Notes under the pieces: generated by a model
Told to the model about the DNA's origin: nothing
The model's database searches: none
What the model saw: only the letters and a program-made list of their open reading frames with translations
Virus record (IMG/VR): IMGVR_UViG_3300028888_000043
Coordinates: 137,756-201,755 of that record
Strand: one strand, 5' to 3'
Length of the DNA: 64,000 nt
Source of the DNA: a virus
Taxonomy: Duplodnaviria > Heunggongvirae > Uroviricota > Caudoviricetes
Shown: positions 48,112 through 58,779 of the stretch, in pieces
Position numbering within the stretch: position 1 is the stretch's first letter
Layout of the letters: the number at the start of each line of letters is the position of its first letter
Position numbers and translations under genes: made by a program

Positions 48112-49953
48112 ATGGATTTACAGACAATTTATAATAAGATATTCCCCATTGGAGGAGTTGATGACAATAACAGGTATACTGAACTGACAGGAGATAAAAT
48201 CAGTTCAGTACAACTTGTTGAACCCACATTGGGTGTAAGTGAGTTCATATTGACAAAGAAGGATACTTATGATAAGAATAACATTCCCTATAAGTATGCT
48301 TACAGGATTCCTATGGTGTCCATTGAGGATAACATCATCAATCCTGTTGACCTGACAGCATTCAAACTTGATTACACAGGATTCCTTCCAACATTGATGT
48401 TTGAATTTATGGATCCTTCCAACAGTGTCCTTTCAACAGAAGTTCCAAAGGATGGTACACTTATAAAGGTATATATCGGCGGTCAGGGTGATGAACTCTA
48501 TTATAAACCAATCAGACAGGACTTTGTACTGACCAATATCAGGAAAATCAGTTCCAGTGGTATGAAGTACAGGGTATATGGTAAACTCAATGTACCTTAT
48601 GGATACAGGAAAGAATCCTGGTGTAGTGGAAAAAGTACAGCGATGCAGGCATTGTTCAACATAGCAGTGTGGACAGGTCTTGGTTTTGCTACCAATTTCC
48701 CAAATAAAAACACCCTTGACATAATGAACTGGAGGAACAATGAGACAGGTACATATTTCGATTTTATGGAGGATATAACAGCACACGCCTGTTATTCCCC
48801 GAACACCTTCTTCACGTCCTTTATAGACCAGTATAATGTCCTTAATTTTGTGGAATGTCACTCACTTCTGTCACATGGTGGTAAGAAGGATGATGTTCCT
48901 GCTATGATATACAAATGCTATCCTCCACAGGAACTTCCTCCATATGAACCAGGAACAGAGAAGACCCCGCAGAACCAGTTACCATTGAAGGATGGTGAGG
49001 ATGAAAATAACAATGCATACCAGAGATTGAGTTATTATTTCATCTCCAATCATTTCTTCTTTGATGGATGGTCAAACTATATAGAGTCATTCCAGGAGAT
49101 TTCAAATGGTAGCTCGGCATTGTCTGATGGATTCAGGACACATGTAACTTATTCTGATTCAAATGTTGACAACAATTTTGATGGTCATGTGTTTGATTTC
49201 CTTATCAGACCAATAGACAATTTGAAGAGGGATGGTTCAACACAGAAGATTCAGTCTCTCCCGGAAAATGTTGCACAGGAATCCTATATTCCTTTGAACC
49301 TGATGCAGATGACAAAGAAGGAGTTCCTTGAAGAATTGTCCAGTGTTGACAATATGACCAATGTGGAATCATTCAACAACTTTGGTGAGATTGATTCATC
49401 CAACACATTCCCTCAATATTTCTTTGCGGAGATACAGAATAAATACCAGATGAAGTGTCTGAAGAAATGTGGTCTGAAGGTGAAGATGCAAAACTATGAC
49501 CCAGCAATCACAAAGTTCAGTAGGATATGGGTTGACATTTATGATGAACATCCTATTTCAAGTTATCAGGTATCAAAGGATGAAAGGGCAGAAGAATTTA
49601 TAAAGAAGAATTCACAAAGTGATTATGCAACAGAGTACAGGGAGTATATAGACCGGAAGAATGACAATATCATTAATTTTGAAGGTGAAGGTGTATTGGA
49701 TATCATAAATGATGGTATAGGTCCATCAAATTACTGGCCAAAGGAGAAATACAACAGGTCATTGTCTGGATGGTATGTGGTTACTGAAATAGAATTGGAG
49801 TATGATCACAATGACAATAATATTAGAATGAACCTTACCCTTAACAGGATTGAATACCAACCTATTTTTAAGAGTGATTATGAACTTGCCAAAAAGGCAG
49901 TTGAGATATATAAGGAACACAACCTTGTCGAGGATATATTTAAAACAATGTAA
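48112..49953 (+). CDS. putative baseplate hub protein (gp27-like)
   Basis: C-terminal LSGWYVVTEIELEY motif typical of hub proteins; tail-gene context. Confidence 0.45.
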   Translation: MDLQTIYNKIFPIGGVDDNNRYTELTGDKISSVQLVEPTLGVSEFILTKKDTYDKNNIPYKYAYRIPMVSIEDNIINPVDLTAFKLDYTGFLPTLMFEFMDPSNSVLSTEVPKDGTLIKVYIGGQGDELYYKPIRQDFVLTNIRKISSSGMKYRVYGKLNVPYGYRKESWCSGKSTAMQALFNIAVWTGLGFATNFPNKNTLDIMNWRNNETGTYFDFMEDITAHACYSPNTFFTSFIDQYNVLNFVECHSLLSHGGKKDDVPAMIYKCYPPQELPPYEPGTEKTPQNQLPLKDGEDENNNAYQRLSYYFISNHFFFDGWSNYIESFQEISNGSSALSDGFRTHVTYSDSNVDNNFDGHVFDFLIRPIDNLKRDGSTQKIQSLPENVAQESYIPLNLMQMTKKEFLEELSSVDNMTNVESFNNFGEIDSSNTFPQYFFAEIQNKYQMKCLKKCGLKVKMQNYDPAITKFSRIWVDIYDEHPISSYQVSKDERAEEFIKKNSQSDYATEYREYIDRKNDNIINFEGEGVLDIINDGIGPSNYWPKEKYNRSLSGWYVVTEIELEYDHNDNNIRMNLTLNRIEYQPIFKSDYELAKKAVEIYKEHNLVEDIFKTM

Positions 49954-49958
49954 GAAGT

Positions 49959-52900
49959 ATGAGTACAGAGGTAAATGACATAAGATTCTTGAACAGGACC
50001 TCATTGAGACAATTCTATGAGAATTCAAGAAACAACATTGAGGATCCGATCTTCACAGGTTTTACTATGGAGATTGATAAACTGCATTCCCCTTTGTTCT
50101 TCGCCCTGGCAGGTGATGAGTATATTGCTTCTGAAACATTGAGGTCTGCCGATGGTACTGATACCACTTTGGCAGGAAAGATTGAAGAGAAACTGGCTGA
50201 TGTAAACAGATTGGCAATAACAGGTAATCCTGACAGTTATGAGATAAACACAATACAGGCAAAGGATAAATTCGGTTCTACCAATGACAGGAGACCTGGA
50301 TATGGACTCTGGGATAAGTATCCTATTGACAATGTACTCTATGGTGCAGCAGATTATATCTATATGGTTGACAAGGTATCTGATGGTGCATATACTGATG
50401 ACTATGGTGTGGTTGATTTGGGTAATGGTACACCTACATCTGGTATATATAACCAGTACAACCAGATACTGGCATCTGACCCTGAACTGAATGTACATGC
50501 AGATACTGTGGAAGGAAAAATCAATGACCTGGCATCCAATCAGGATACTGAGGTTTTCTTTGCAAATGATGAATGGGAGATTCTTCCTGATCAAAAAGTA
50601 AAGTTGGATAATTTCATAAAGTTCCTGAAAGAAAATCCAAATTGTAAAATCCAGGTTGACGGTTATGCCAGTAAAGATAATGCAACAGCAGCACACAATA
50701 TGGATTTGTCTGTTCACCGTGCTGATGAAGTTAAAAATTATTTGATTCAGAATGGTATTGATCCTTCACAGATATTGACAGCATCCTATGGAGATACTGT
50801 ACAACCATTCACCGGTGTACAGAACAGGGCTGCAACCTGCAAGGTGATTGGTGAGTATTCACAGGAATCTGCTCTTCAAAGAAAGATAGATGACACAAGT
50901 AATTTTTCAGAAGAGGATACCAATCAACATAATGAAAATGTTAATGCCCTTGAAAGTGCAAAGGCATTGTATGAATCTTTGATTAATAAGGATTCTGAAT
51001 ATCAGAAGGTTCAAAATGAACTAAATGATTTGAAAGAAAGAATAGATTCAGAAAAAAACAATGTCAACTTTGAATTGAGATATTATCAGAATGAGATGAG
51101 TAATCTGGAAGGATTATTGAAAGGTAGTTTTGATGAGGACAGAAAACAAGAATACAGGGTTAAAATAGATAATCTCTATAAAAAGTTTGAAAAGCTGATT
51201 CAGTATTTTGGAACACCAAGTATAGATTCTACCAATATAGATTCAAAAGGTATAGAGTTCACATATTCTGATACTTATAAACATATAAAAGCAGACATAA
51301 TTACAGTAACTGAAAATAGTGAATCTGTATTTGAAAGAGAATTGAGGGGGTTAAGTGATACAGAAATACTTGATGTTGATTTTTATAAAAAAATCTGGGC
51401 TGTCACCAAAACAAAGTTGAACAGTACTGTAACAGCCAATGATGTTTCAGATAAAATAAAATCTGCACAAAATAAGATAGAAGAAGAGACAAAGAAGATA
51501 TTTGGCGTCCATCCTGATGGAAGACTTGGTTCAGAGAATGACCCAGCACCAGGAAGTAAATGTTTTGAATACTTACAGGCAAAAAGTAAAGTGGATAATG
51601 ATCCATTCACACAGCAAATGAACAAGCTCAATGAGTTACAGGACATTCAGGCAAACTATAATGACCTTCAGGATTATAATGCTTATCAGGCAAACAAGAC
51701 AACCATTGAGAAGACAATGCCTTCCATTGATTACACTATGAGTCCACAGGAAGAGAAAAACCCTACCTTATACAGTGAGAGAATCAATCGGGCAAAGAAT
51801 ACCAGGGCCACATATGAAGTACCACAGACTGTCTATGATATGATGGGATTCATCAGAGGTATGGATGACCTTATTCATAAGTATCCATATGCCTTACAAT
51901 CTATCACTGGTCTTGATGAGGCATACAAGAAATACTTTGACTTGAAGGATCCTTATATGGGTTCAGGTGATGGTAAGATTACTATCAATTGTCTTGACTA
52001 TCTTGATATGAGGGTGTCTTCAATGTTCAACAAGTATTTCAATGCTGTGTATGACCGTCAGTATAGAAGGGAGAGAGTTCCTATCAATTTGAGGAGATTC
52101 CAGTGTTCAATATTTGTACATGACATCAGGAACTTCAAGGACACCATATATAATGCTTATGTCAAGAATAGTGGAGACCTTTCACTCATAACCGAGATTG
52201 CTCTCAATTATCTGTCAGCAGTTGAATTCAAGTTCTATGACTGTGAGATTGTTCCAGAAGAAACCGGAAGTATCTTTGACAATGTGACCAATATCACTGG
52301 TGGAGAAATGAGGGGAACAAATTTTACATTCACTTATGGTAACTGTGTCATCAACTTCCTGCCATTCGAGGATTTGAGGAGATATGTACTTGGTAAAAAA
52401 GAGAATAGAGAAATCAAACCTCCTGTTAATTCCAGTGAATATCTATCAGACAACTTCACAGAGGATTATATCAAACTCAATGAGACTTCTATCATCAATA
52501 ACAGGTTGGCGCTCAACAACACAAAGAATGATTATGATGGTAGATACTCTGCCGAGAATCCATCTGGTGCAGACCTGGCCGGTAATTTCAGGAGATGGTT
52601 TGACAAGAGTGAACTTGGTAATGTGAACAACAATGATTACAGGGAATATATCAGACATGATTCCGCAGTTGCAGTTGATGATTATTACAAGACCACAATA
52701 GTGAATGACTTTGCTCTTGGTTCAGTCGGTCAGAAGAACAAACAACTGACAGCAATGGATGATGCATTGAGAAGGATAGTGGTAGGTATATCTGCATCGA
52801 CAGGTATCCCTGTCAAGGGAGTCACAGATGCATTGAACATCCAGTTCATTGATCCTATCCTTAATGAGAAAGACCTGGCAACACCGATTGTAAAGAATCT

Positions 52901-53024
52901 TGGAAATGTAACCAACAGTAGGGTTGTAGATGAGAAGACAATGGAATATGTCGGAACGGTCCAGGGTGATGAAACAAAGGAAACTGAAACTGTCAAGGAT
53001 TTAGGAAATGTGGAAAACAAATAA
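49959..53024 (+). CDS. tail/baseplate-associated protein containing an OmpA-like peptidoglycan-binding domain
   Basis: VFFANDEWEI...IQVDGYAS...HNMDLSVHRADEVKNYL..NGIDPSQI...YGD...NR at ~50548-50850, then a coiled coil and a beta-rich C-terminus. Confidence 0.75.
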   Translation: MSTEVNDIRFLNRTSLRQFYENSRNNIEDPIFTGFTMEIDKLHSPLFFALAGDEYIASETLRSADGTDTTLAGKIEEKLADVNRLAITGNPDSYEINTIQAKDKFGSTNDRRPGYGLWDKYPIDNVLYGAADYIYMVDKVSDGAYTDDYGVVDLGNGTPTSGIYNQYNQILASDPELNVHADTVEGKINDLASNQDTEVFFANDEWEILPDQKVKLDNFIKFLKENPNCKIQVDGYASKDNATAAHNMDLSVHRADEVKNYLIQNGIDPSQILTASYGDTVQPFTGVQNRAATCKVIGEYSQESALQRKIDDTSNFSEEDTNQHNENVNALESAKALYESLINKDSEYQKVQNELNDLKERIDSEKNNVNFELRYYQNEMSNLEGLLKGSFDEDRKQEYRVKIDNLYKKFEKLIQYFGTPSIDSTNIDSKGIEFTYSDTYKHIKADIITVTENSESVFERELRGLSDTEILDVDFYKKIWAVTKTKLNSTVTANDVSDKIKSAQNKIEEETKKIFGVHPDGRLGSENDPAPGSKCFEYLQAKSKVDNDPFTQQMNKLNELQDIQANYNDLQDYNAYQANKTTIEKTMPSIDYTMSPQEEKNPTLYSERINRAKNTRATYEVPQTVYDMMGFIRGMDDLIHKYPYALQSITGLDEAYKKYFDLKDPYMGSGDGKITINCLDYLDMRVSSMFNKYFNAVYDRQYRRERVPINLRRFQCSIFVHDIRNFKDTIYNAYVKNSGDLSLITEIALNYLSAVEFKFYDCEIVPEETGSIFDNVTNITGGEMRGTNFTFTYGNCVINFLPFEDLRRYVLGKKENREIKPPVNSSEYLSDNFTEDYIKLNETSIINNRLALNNTKNDYDGRYSAENPSGADLAGNFRRWFDKSELGNVNNNDYREYIRHDSAVAVDDYYKTTIVNDFALGSVGQKNKQLTAMDDALRRIVVGISASTGIPVKGVTDALNIQFIDPILNEKDLATPIVKNLGNVTNSRVVDEKTMEYVGTVQGDETKETETVKDLGNVENK

Positions 53025-53095
53025 AAAGGTGGTAAGTTACCACCTTTTTTCATATAAAAAACAGGGCACGAAATGATTCTCTGTCATTCGTGCCC
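53023..53095. terminator. paired terminators between convergent genes
   Basis: AAAAAGGTGGTAA-g-TTACCACCTTTTT, and GGGCACGAA...TTCGTGCCC preceded by an A-tract. Confidence 0.75.
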
Positions 53096-53124
53096 CGAAA
53101 CTCCTTCTGTCATCAGATGAGCAA

Positions 53125-53409
53125 TTATAACTTCGGCATTTTGATTTCAGGCATCTTTGGCATATTCCTTTGTGCCTGACGCATCATACTTTCAGGTGTG
53201 TACTTCTTATCATCAAAACCCTGTTCTTTCATCTCTTCCTTTTCTGATTTCTTCCTTTCTTCAAGGATGTCAGCATAATGTTGAAGGATGTTTTCAAAAA
53301 TGTAGAACTGGAGACCCATGATTGTGTCATAAGACATATGGAGCTGTTCCATAGCTACGACAATATTATCATAGAAGTTCGTCTCCGAGATCAGAAATTG
53401 TTGGAACAA
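53125..53409 (-). CDS. small baseplate/tail assembly protein (gp51/DUF6760-like); start uncertain
   Basis: FYDNIVVAMEQLHMSYDTIMGL pattern; overlaps the upstream gene in the +1 frame. Confidence 0.55.
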   Translation of the reverse strand: MFQQFLISETNFYDNIVVAMEQLHMSYDTIMGLQFYIFENILQHYADILEERKKSEKEEMKEQGFDDKKYTPESMMRQAQRNMPKMPEIKMPKL

Positions 53410-54352
53410 ATAAGGATCTGAATCCTTCGGGAAAGGTGACAGGGATTCTCAACTCACCTCCACATTGAGCACAGGTATCAGTAATCTCATATTCAATACC
53501 TACATTGATTTCATCTTTCAATCTGAGGACCAGGGAGAACTTCTCTGTTGACCAACCTGCCAGTTCAGTGATTTTTGAAAAGACCTGGTTGATGGTGAAT
53601 CCTCTCCAATCCTTGATGGTATAAGGAAGGATGTCAACCAAGGCAATGTCAAACTTCTTGTTATCCAACTGCTGTTCCCTAATCCAATCAGAAATCACTG
53701 TGGTGACACCTATTGTTGGAGGATACAACTTGATTATACCAAATCTCTTTGTCTGTACACAGTAGCACCTCTCTGCCGGATCATAGTACTTTTCAATCTG
53801 TGCGCTTGGTTTCTGGAATTCAAGTTTACTTGAATCAAAATAGACTTCACTCTGTGGATGACAACCAGGTGTCTGACATGCACCATCAGGTACAGGAATC
53901 TTGATACTTGACTGACCATCTACAAAAGTAAGTTCCCTGATTTTGAATACAAGAACAATCCTGTCATCTTCAAGAAGGTCTTTATAATGACCAAGTGAAT
54001 TACCATAATAAACCTTTGTACACTGTGAGACAATATATGTCATCTTGTCCCTGATGTCCTTAGGGTCTTCCTCATTGATGATAGAGAACTCTCTGATTTC
54101 ACCAACCCTTGCTGCACGGATTAAGACTCTTGTTCCTTCCGGATAGAATCTACCGCCACTTGGTAAAGTGTCCAATGGAATATTCACATAATCCATTGAG
54201 TCCTTGATTCTCTTAAGCTCCGGATCCTCCAAAGTCTGGTTGAGATTTACCCTTCCCAAATCCTTTACAGAATCCTTTGTTTCAACTTCTTCTTGAGTAG
54301 ATTCAAATTCTTTACGAACCTGCTCTTCATAGTTATCTGTCTGCTTTGGCAT
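53369..54352 (-). CDS. baseplate hub assembly protein, T4 gp26-like
   Basis: LPSGGRFYP, DLLEDDRIVLVFKIRELTF, two Cys clusters (CQTPGC, CAQCG). Confidence 0.7.
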   Translation of the reverse strand: MPKQTDNYEEQVRKEFESTQEEVETKDSVKDLGRVNLNQTLEDPELKRIKDSMDYVNIPLDTLPSGGRFYPEGTRVLIRAARVGEIREFSIINEEDPKDIRDKMTYIVSQCTKVYYGNSLGHYKDLLEDDRIVLVFKIRELTFVDGQSSIKIPVPDGACQTPGCHPQSEVYFDSSKLEFQKPSAQIEKYYDPAERCYCVQTKRFGIIKLYPPTIGVTTVISDWIREQQLDNKKFDIALVDILPYTIKDWRGFTINQVFSKITELAGWSTEKFSLVLRLKDEINVGIEYEITDTCAQCGGELRIPVTFPEGFRSLFVPTISDLGDELL

Positions 54353-54393
54353 AATTATGAAATATAATATAAACTAAATATAACAAAAAATAT

Positions 54394-57300
54394 TTAATCC
54401 TCCAATGTCAGAATAACACGCCTACCTGAATCACCATTGACAACAAGTCTGATGTCTGGTATTGTATTTTCAATGTTGATAGGCAATGCCTTGATTGCTT
54501 CTGCAATTGCAGATGCCAAGGCCTGTGGATTGTTGATATTAACACCTTCTGTCATACTGATTGTACTTTCTGTTGATTCACCAGAACTACTGCTTTCCAC
54601 ATTATAGTTACTGTTGAAATTGTTCAAGGCATCAATAAGGTCACCGGATGATTCAGCAAACTTGTTTACTGCATTGGTGAACTTGTCAAATGGTTTCTTA
54701 TTGATGTTTGAGAATGACTTAAACAGGTCAATCATTATGGATGCCTTTGTGATGTCAAGGGCATTGATTACATCTACTGTCTTCTTGAATGGAACTTCTG
54801 ATGTCTTCAGTATCTCTGCTCTTCTCCAACTGTCAGCAAGATTGTTGATACCTCTCTTTATACTTTCAGTTGAGACCTCGAAGTATTTGGCATTTGACTG
54901 TTTGAGACCACGAGGTTCATTGTTTCTGATTGTAGAAATCTGTGTGAAGAGTGTGTTGATACCACCAACGGCTGCACTTATGTTTGATATGGCGGGAGAT
55001 GAATTATAGGAATCCCAAGGTTCAAGAGCACCCTTCATTGAGAACATAGCGGATGTAGCCTGTAATATACTTGACATCTTTGCCATAGTCTTACCACCTT
55101 CCGCTATGTTGGATGCAGTCTCCACAAGACTACTTGCAGTATTGAAAGCATCAGAGATGACATTACCAACCTTTTTGAGACCACTACCAACCTTACCCCA
55201 GAAACTGTTGTTTTCAGCCACTTCTGCTTCTTCCCTTCTTATCTTGGTGAGACCAAACACATCAAGGAGACTGTCTATTGCAACCTTGACATTGGCAATA
55301 GGTGCGCTTGAATTGAAACTGTTCCAGGATGTAAGGTTTTCCTTGATTCTGTCAAGCATACCGGTAGCAAGGGTTATGGTACCCATCTTGGTAAGGACAC
55401 CGCCGGCATTCATAAGGGTTGTACCCATATCAATCATACTTCCTGCCAGGTTTCCAATCTTACCAAGTACACTATGACCTCTTTCTTCAAGACCGAAGAG
55501 ATTGATTAGAGAACCAATTGTAAGACTCATATTCTCTATGGCCGGTTCGGCATTGTAGGACTCCCAAGGTTTGAGTTCCAATCTGATGATATCCGCCATA
55601 CCTGTGGCCATTGTGATTGCACCCATCTTGGCAAGAGTACTACTGGAGTTCATAAGTGCAGTACCCATATCAAGAGTACTACCAACCAGTTTACCTATCT
55701 TACCGAAGAATCCCTCATTATTCTCTCCAAGACCGAATGCATCCTTAAGTCCTTCAATGGCAATCTTCAAGTTCTTTGCAGCTGGTCTTGCATCATACCT
55801 GTTCCAAGGAATCAGGAAGAGTCTTATCATATCTGACAATCCAGTGGCAACAGTGATGACACCCATTTCAGCAAGTGCCTTACCACCCTGCATGATAGCG
55901 ATACCCATTTCAAGAGGACCACCTACAAGTTTCCTGAGATTACCCTTCAATCCATCACCAGTCTCGCCAATACCGAATGCTTCCTTCAATGCTCCGACAG
56001 CAACCTTGATATTATTGGCCGCCTTTGTTCCATTGAAATTATCCCACTTCTTCAATCCATGGTAAAGCATTCCGAGTGAAACTGCTGAAAGAAGGAGTGA
56101 ACCCATAATGAAGAATGTCTTACCGAAATTAAGAAGACCCATAGCAATATCAAGTACACCACCTGTGAGTCTCTTGAATGTACCCTTCTTTTCATCACCC
56201 TTTCCAAGTTCAAGACCGAATGCATCCCTTAATCCATCAATGGCAAGTTTCACATTACCTATGGACTTCTTGGCATCAATATTTCTCCAGGCAAGAAGGG
56301 CAAGACCGAATACACCAAGGGATGCACCCATCAACAACAGGGATGCACTACCTATGGCAATAGGAACTGCAAGAAGACCTATACCTGCCATGGTGAGACC
56401 CATTCCAGCCAGGCTGGCAATCATCAATCCCACATCCTTGAGTTTCATATTCTTGACTGCCTTTGCCATCACACCAAGACCAAGACCAAATGTGATGATA
56501 CTTGTACTCATTATGAGAAGAACAGCAGAGCCTTTTATTACAGACTTCCTGGATCTCCTCAACATCTTGAATGTACCAATCAGCAACCAGATGACACCCT
56601 TCATCAACAATGCACCTGCCATAGCAGGAATACCAACCACAGCAATACCTGCCAGGACCATAGATGTAAGAAGCATTGAACCACAAGTCTTGGCAATCTT
56701 ATCCATAGACCTGTGACTGACATCAATATCTCTCTTATGTTTCCTGATTTTCCTGAACAGTCTTAACAGACCACCCTCACCTCGCTTACCAAGGTATATC
56801 TTTTCAATTGCCTTCTCACCCCACTGGGCAGGTTTTGACAATGCTGAAAGTTTACCCAGTTTCTTTACTATATCAATAGCGGAATCAATAAATCCCAATG
56901 TTCCATCCACTTCCTTCTGGTCTTTGAACATCCTGAACATATTCAAAGACCTTGATATAATCTTTCCTATGTTCTTCATCTTCCTCTTGGCAAAGATGAA
57001 ATCCCTTGTCTTCAAACCCCTCAGTCTCTCTACAATCTCTACTGACCTTGATATTCCTTCAAGATGCTTTGCCTTTTCTCCTCTTCCATACATGAAGTTT
57101 TCAGCACCGAGTCTGGTCATCTTTGCACTTGTCACTCCATTCTTGGTTGACATTGTTTTCATCTGACCGAGTATCTGGGTAAGAGTCCTGTTTATGGAAC
57201 TGGTATTGTTGAGTAAATTCCTTTTGGCAATATCGGCAGCCCTCTGTTTTCCTGTCAGTTTCTTCAACTGCTCTTTCTTCTGAATCTTGTCAAGTCTCTC

Positions 57301-57447
57301 ATTGATGGCATTAACTGCTTCAAGGATCCCTGTAGGTCCGCATATAGCATCCCTGAGATCCTTCACATCCTTTTGTACTTTAGGATAGATTTCTGCAATC
57401 CTAACAACTGACCCTGATAACTCTTTTAAACTCTTATCTGCTGCCAT
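54394..57447 (-). CDS. tape-measure-like protein with ~80-aa helical repeats
   Basis: G/A/L/M-rich; repeats AFGLGE...GKL.G..LDMG...MG.IT.ATG...PW..Y; next to the gp26-like gene; CATAAATA at 57471-57478. Confidence 0.65.
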   Translation of the reverse strand: MAADKSLKELSGSVVRIAEIYPKVQKDVKDLRDAICGPTGILEAVNAINERLDKIQKKEQLKKLTGKQRAADIAKRNLLNNTSSINRTLTQILGQMKTMSTKNGVTSAKMTRLGAENFMYGRGEKAKHLEGISRSVEIVERLRGLKTRDFIFAKRKMKNIGKIISRSLNMFRMFKDQKEVDGTLGFIDSAIDIVKKLGKLSALSKPAQWGEKAIEKIYLGKRGEGGLLRLFRKIRKHKRDIDVSHRSMDKIAKTCGSMLLTSMVLAGIAVVGIPAMAGALLMKGVIWLLIGTFKMLRRSRKSVIKGSAVLLIMSTSIITFGLGLGVMAKAVKNMKLKDVGLMIASLAGMGLTMAGIGLLAVPIAIGSASLLLMGASLGVFGLALLAWRNIDAKKSIGNVKLAIDGLRDAFGLELGKGDEKKGTFKRLTGGVLDIAMGLLNFGKTFFIMGSLLLSAVSLGMLYHGLKKWDNFNGTKAANNIKVAVGALKEAFGIGETGDGLKGNLRKLVGGPLEMGIAIMQGGKALAEMGVITVATGLSDMIRLFLIPWNRYDARPAAKNLKIAIEGLKDAFGLGENNEGFFGKIGKLVGSTLDMGTALMNSSSTLAKMGAITMATGMADIIRLELKPWESYNAEPAIENMSLTIGSLINLFGLEERGHSVLGKIGNLAGSMIDMGTTLMNAGGVLTKMGTITLATGMLDRIKENLTSWNSFNSSAPIANVKVAIDSLLDVFGLTKIRREEAEVAENNSFWGKVGSGLKKVGNVISDAFNTASSLVETASNIAEGGKTMAKMSSILQATSAMFSMKGALEPWDSYNSSPAISNISAAVGGINTLFTQISTIRNNEPRGLKQSNAKYFEVSTESIKRGINNLADSWRRAEILKTSEVPFKKTVDVINALDITKASIMIDLFKSFSNINKKPFDKFTNAVNKFAESSGDLIDALNNFNSNYNVESSSSGESTESTISMTEGVNINNPQALASAIAEAIKALPINIENTIPDIRLVVNGDSGRRVILTLED

Positions 57448-57496
57448 TCAAGACATTTATCCTTATTAGTTATTTATGAGATTTTCTTCCGTGAGA

Positions 57497-57517
57497 AATG
57501 GCCCGTTTGTATATTAT
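57497..57517 (-). repeat. 21-bp intergenic repeat, copy 2
   Basis: AATGGCCCGTTTGTATATTAT is the reverse complement of 22505-22525. Confidence 0.85.
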
Positions 57518-57528
57518 AATAAATAAGA

Positions 57529-58020
57529 TTATAAAAAAATCAAGTTGGACTTCTCCGTGACATAAACAAAAATATAACCATTATCAGAACACCACTTCTT
57601 GGCATATTGTCTCTTACAACTATTCTTTATGAAAGCTTCCATGAGATAATTGTAGTTCTTGATTGCAGTCTGTGTTTTCCTCTTTGGTTCTTCTGGTTTC
57701 TGTAATTGGGATGTTGGTTTTACCTCAACAATGTATTTCAGAATCCTTCCATCAGGTTTCTTGTAAGCAAAATAAAAATCCGGATAATAAGTGTGCATCT
57801 TATTGTCCAGGGTATAGAAATATTTTATGGATACCGGTTCAGAAGCCCATTCAATAACCTCCGGGGTGAGATCCAGCCATTTACACAATTTGAATTCCCA
57901 GGATGACCTGTAAATAATCTGCTTTGTGTTGGTCTTGTACTTTTCAGGATATGATGGGTGATAGTATCCTTGCTTGAACTGACTGTCTCTTTTTGGTTTC
58001 AGGTCTTTGATTCCTGACAT
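57529..58020 (-). CDS. head completion nuclease, T4 gp4-like (TnsA-like PD-(D/E)xK)
   Basis: PEKY...IIYRSSWE...WASE...YYPDF...VEVKP. Confidence 0.88.
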   Translation of the reverse strand: MSGIKDLKPKRDSQFKQGYYHPSYPEKYKTNTKQIIYRSSWEFKLCKWLDLTPEVIEWASEPVSIKYFYTLDNKMHTYYPDFYFAYKKPDGRILKYIVEVKPTSQLQKPEEPKRKTQTAIKNYNYLMEAFIKNSCKRQYAKKWCSDNGYIFVYVTEKSNLIFL

Positions 58021-58058
58021 AAGTTTGTTATTTTTATAGAAGATAATTTTAAATATTT

Positions 58059-58757
58059 ATGGACAATTCTTATTTTTATACAAAAGGAAGCAAGGAAGAC
58101 ATTGTGATGAGGATAAATCAAGTACACTCTATCACAATATTTTGCCCATTGGGTGATTTTTGTGTGAGGTCTTTGAGAGATACCTTTGAAGTGATGCTTA
58201 CTGGATATAAGACTGATAATAATATATGGCTTGAAGTTCCTGCCATCGATGCTTTGAATGCTTTCATTGTCACAGCATCATTTCAACAACAAGTTGGTAT
58301 TGAAGCAGATAAAGACATAATGGGTCTCATTGTAAGTTCATTGAAGATGTTTAACAGACTCAAAACCATAAGTTTTGAATTTACAGATGATGAGGAAATA
58401 ATGAATACTTATAAAATCCTATTGAAGAATGAGAAAAGCGGTATCAAGAAATATATTTACAGACTTGATATGCTTGAGATGAATCTTGGTGATATGTTTT
58501 CACAGGGAGTTATTGATATGTTGAACAAAGTATTCATCTGTAATGAACTGATTCCAAATTCTTATCTTAACAGGAGGTTTATCCTGGATTTCAAGTATGA
58601 TGATTATACCAGTTTTATGGATATGTTCATTGAGAACAATCGGGAGAACCTGAATCTGCTGGATAAGAACATCTGTGATTATTTCAGGAAATTTCCAAAA
58701 ATGGTGGAGGAACAGAAACCTATGATTAGACTTGTTACCAATTATAGTGAAAGGTAA
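58059..58757 (+). CDS. hypothetical protein
   Basis: 232-aa ORF after TTGTTATTTTTA (58025-58036). Confidence 0.7.
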   Translation: MDNSYFYTKGSKEDIVMRINQVHSITIFCPLGDFCVRSLRDTFEVMLTGYKTDNNIWLEVPAIDALNAFIVTASFQQQVGIEADKDIMGLIVSSLKMFNRLKTISFEFTDDEEIMNTYKILLKNEKSGIKKYIYRLDMLEMNLGDMFSQGVIDMLNKVFICNELIPNSYLNRRFILDFKYDDYTSFMDMFIENNRENLNLLDKNICDYFRKFPKMVEEQKPMIRLVTNYSER

Positions 58758-58779
58758 TAGTTTTTGTTATATTTAGTAT

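Noticed and set aside
57529-58020. TnsA transposase / Tn7-like element
   Set aside because: The motifs and context match the T4 gp4 head-completion nuclease; no tnsB/tnsC genes or terminal repeats are present.
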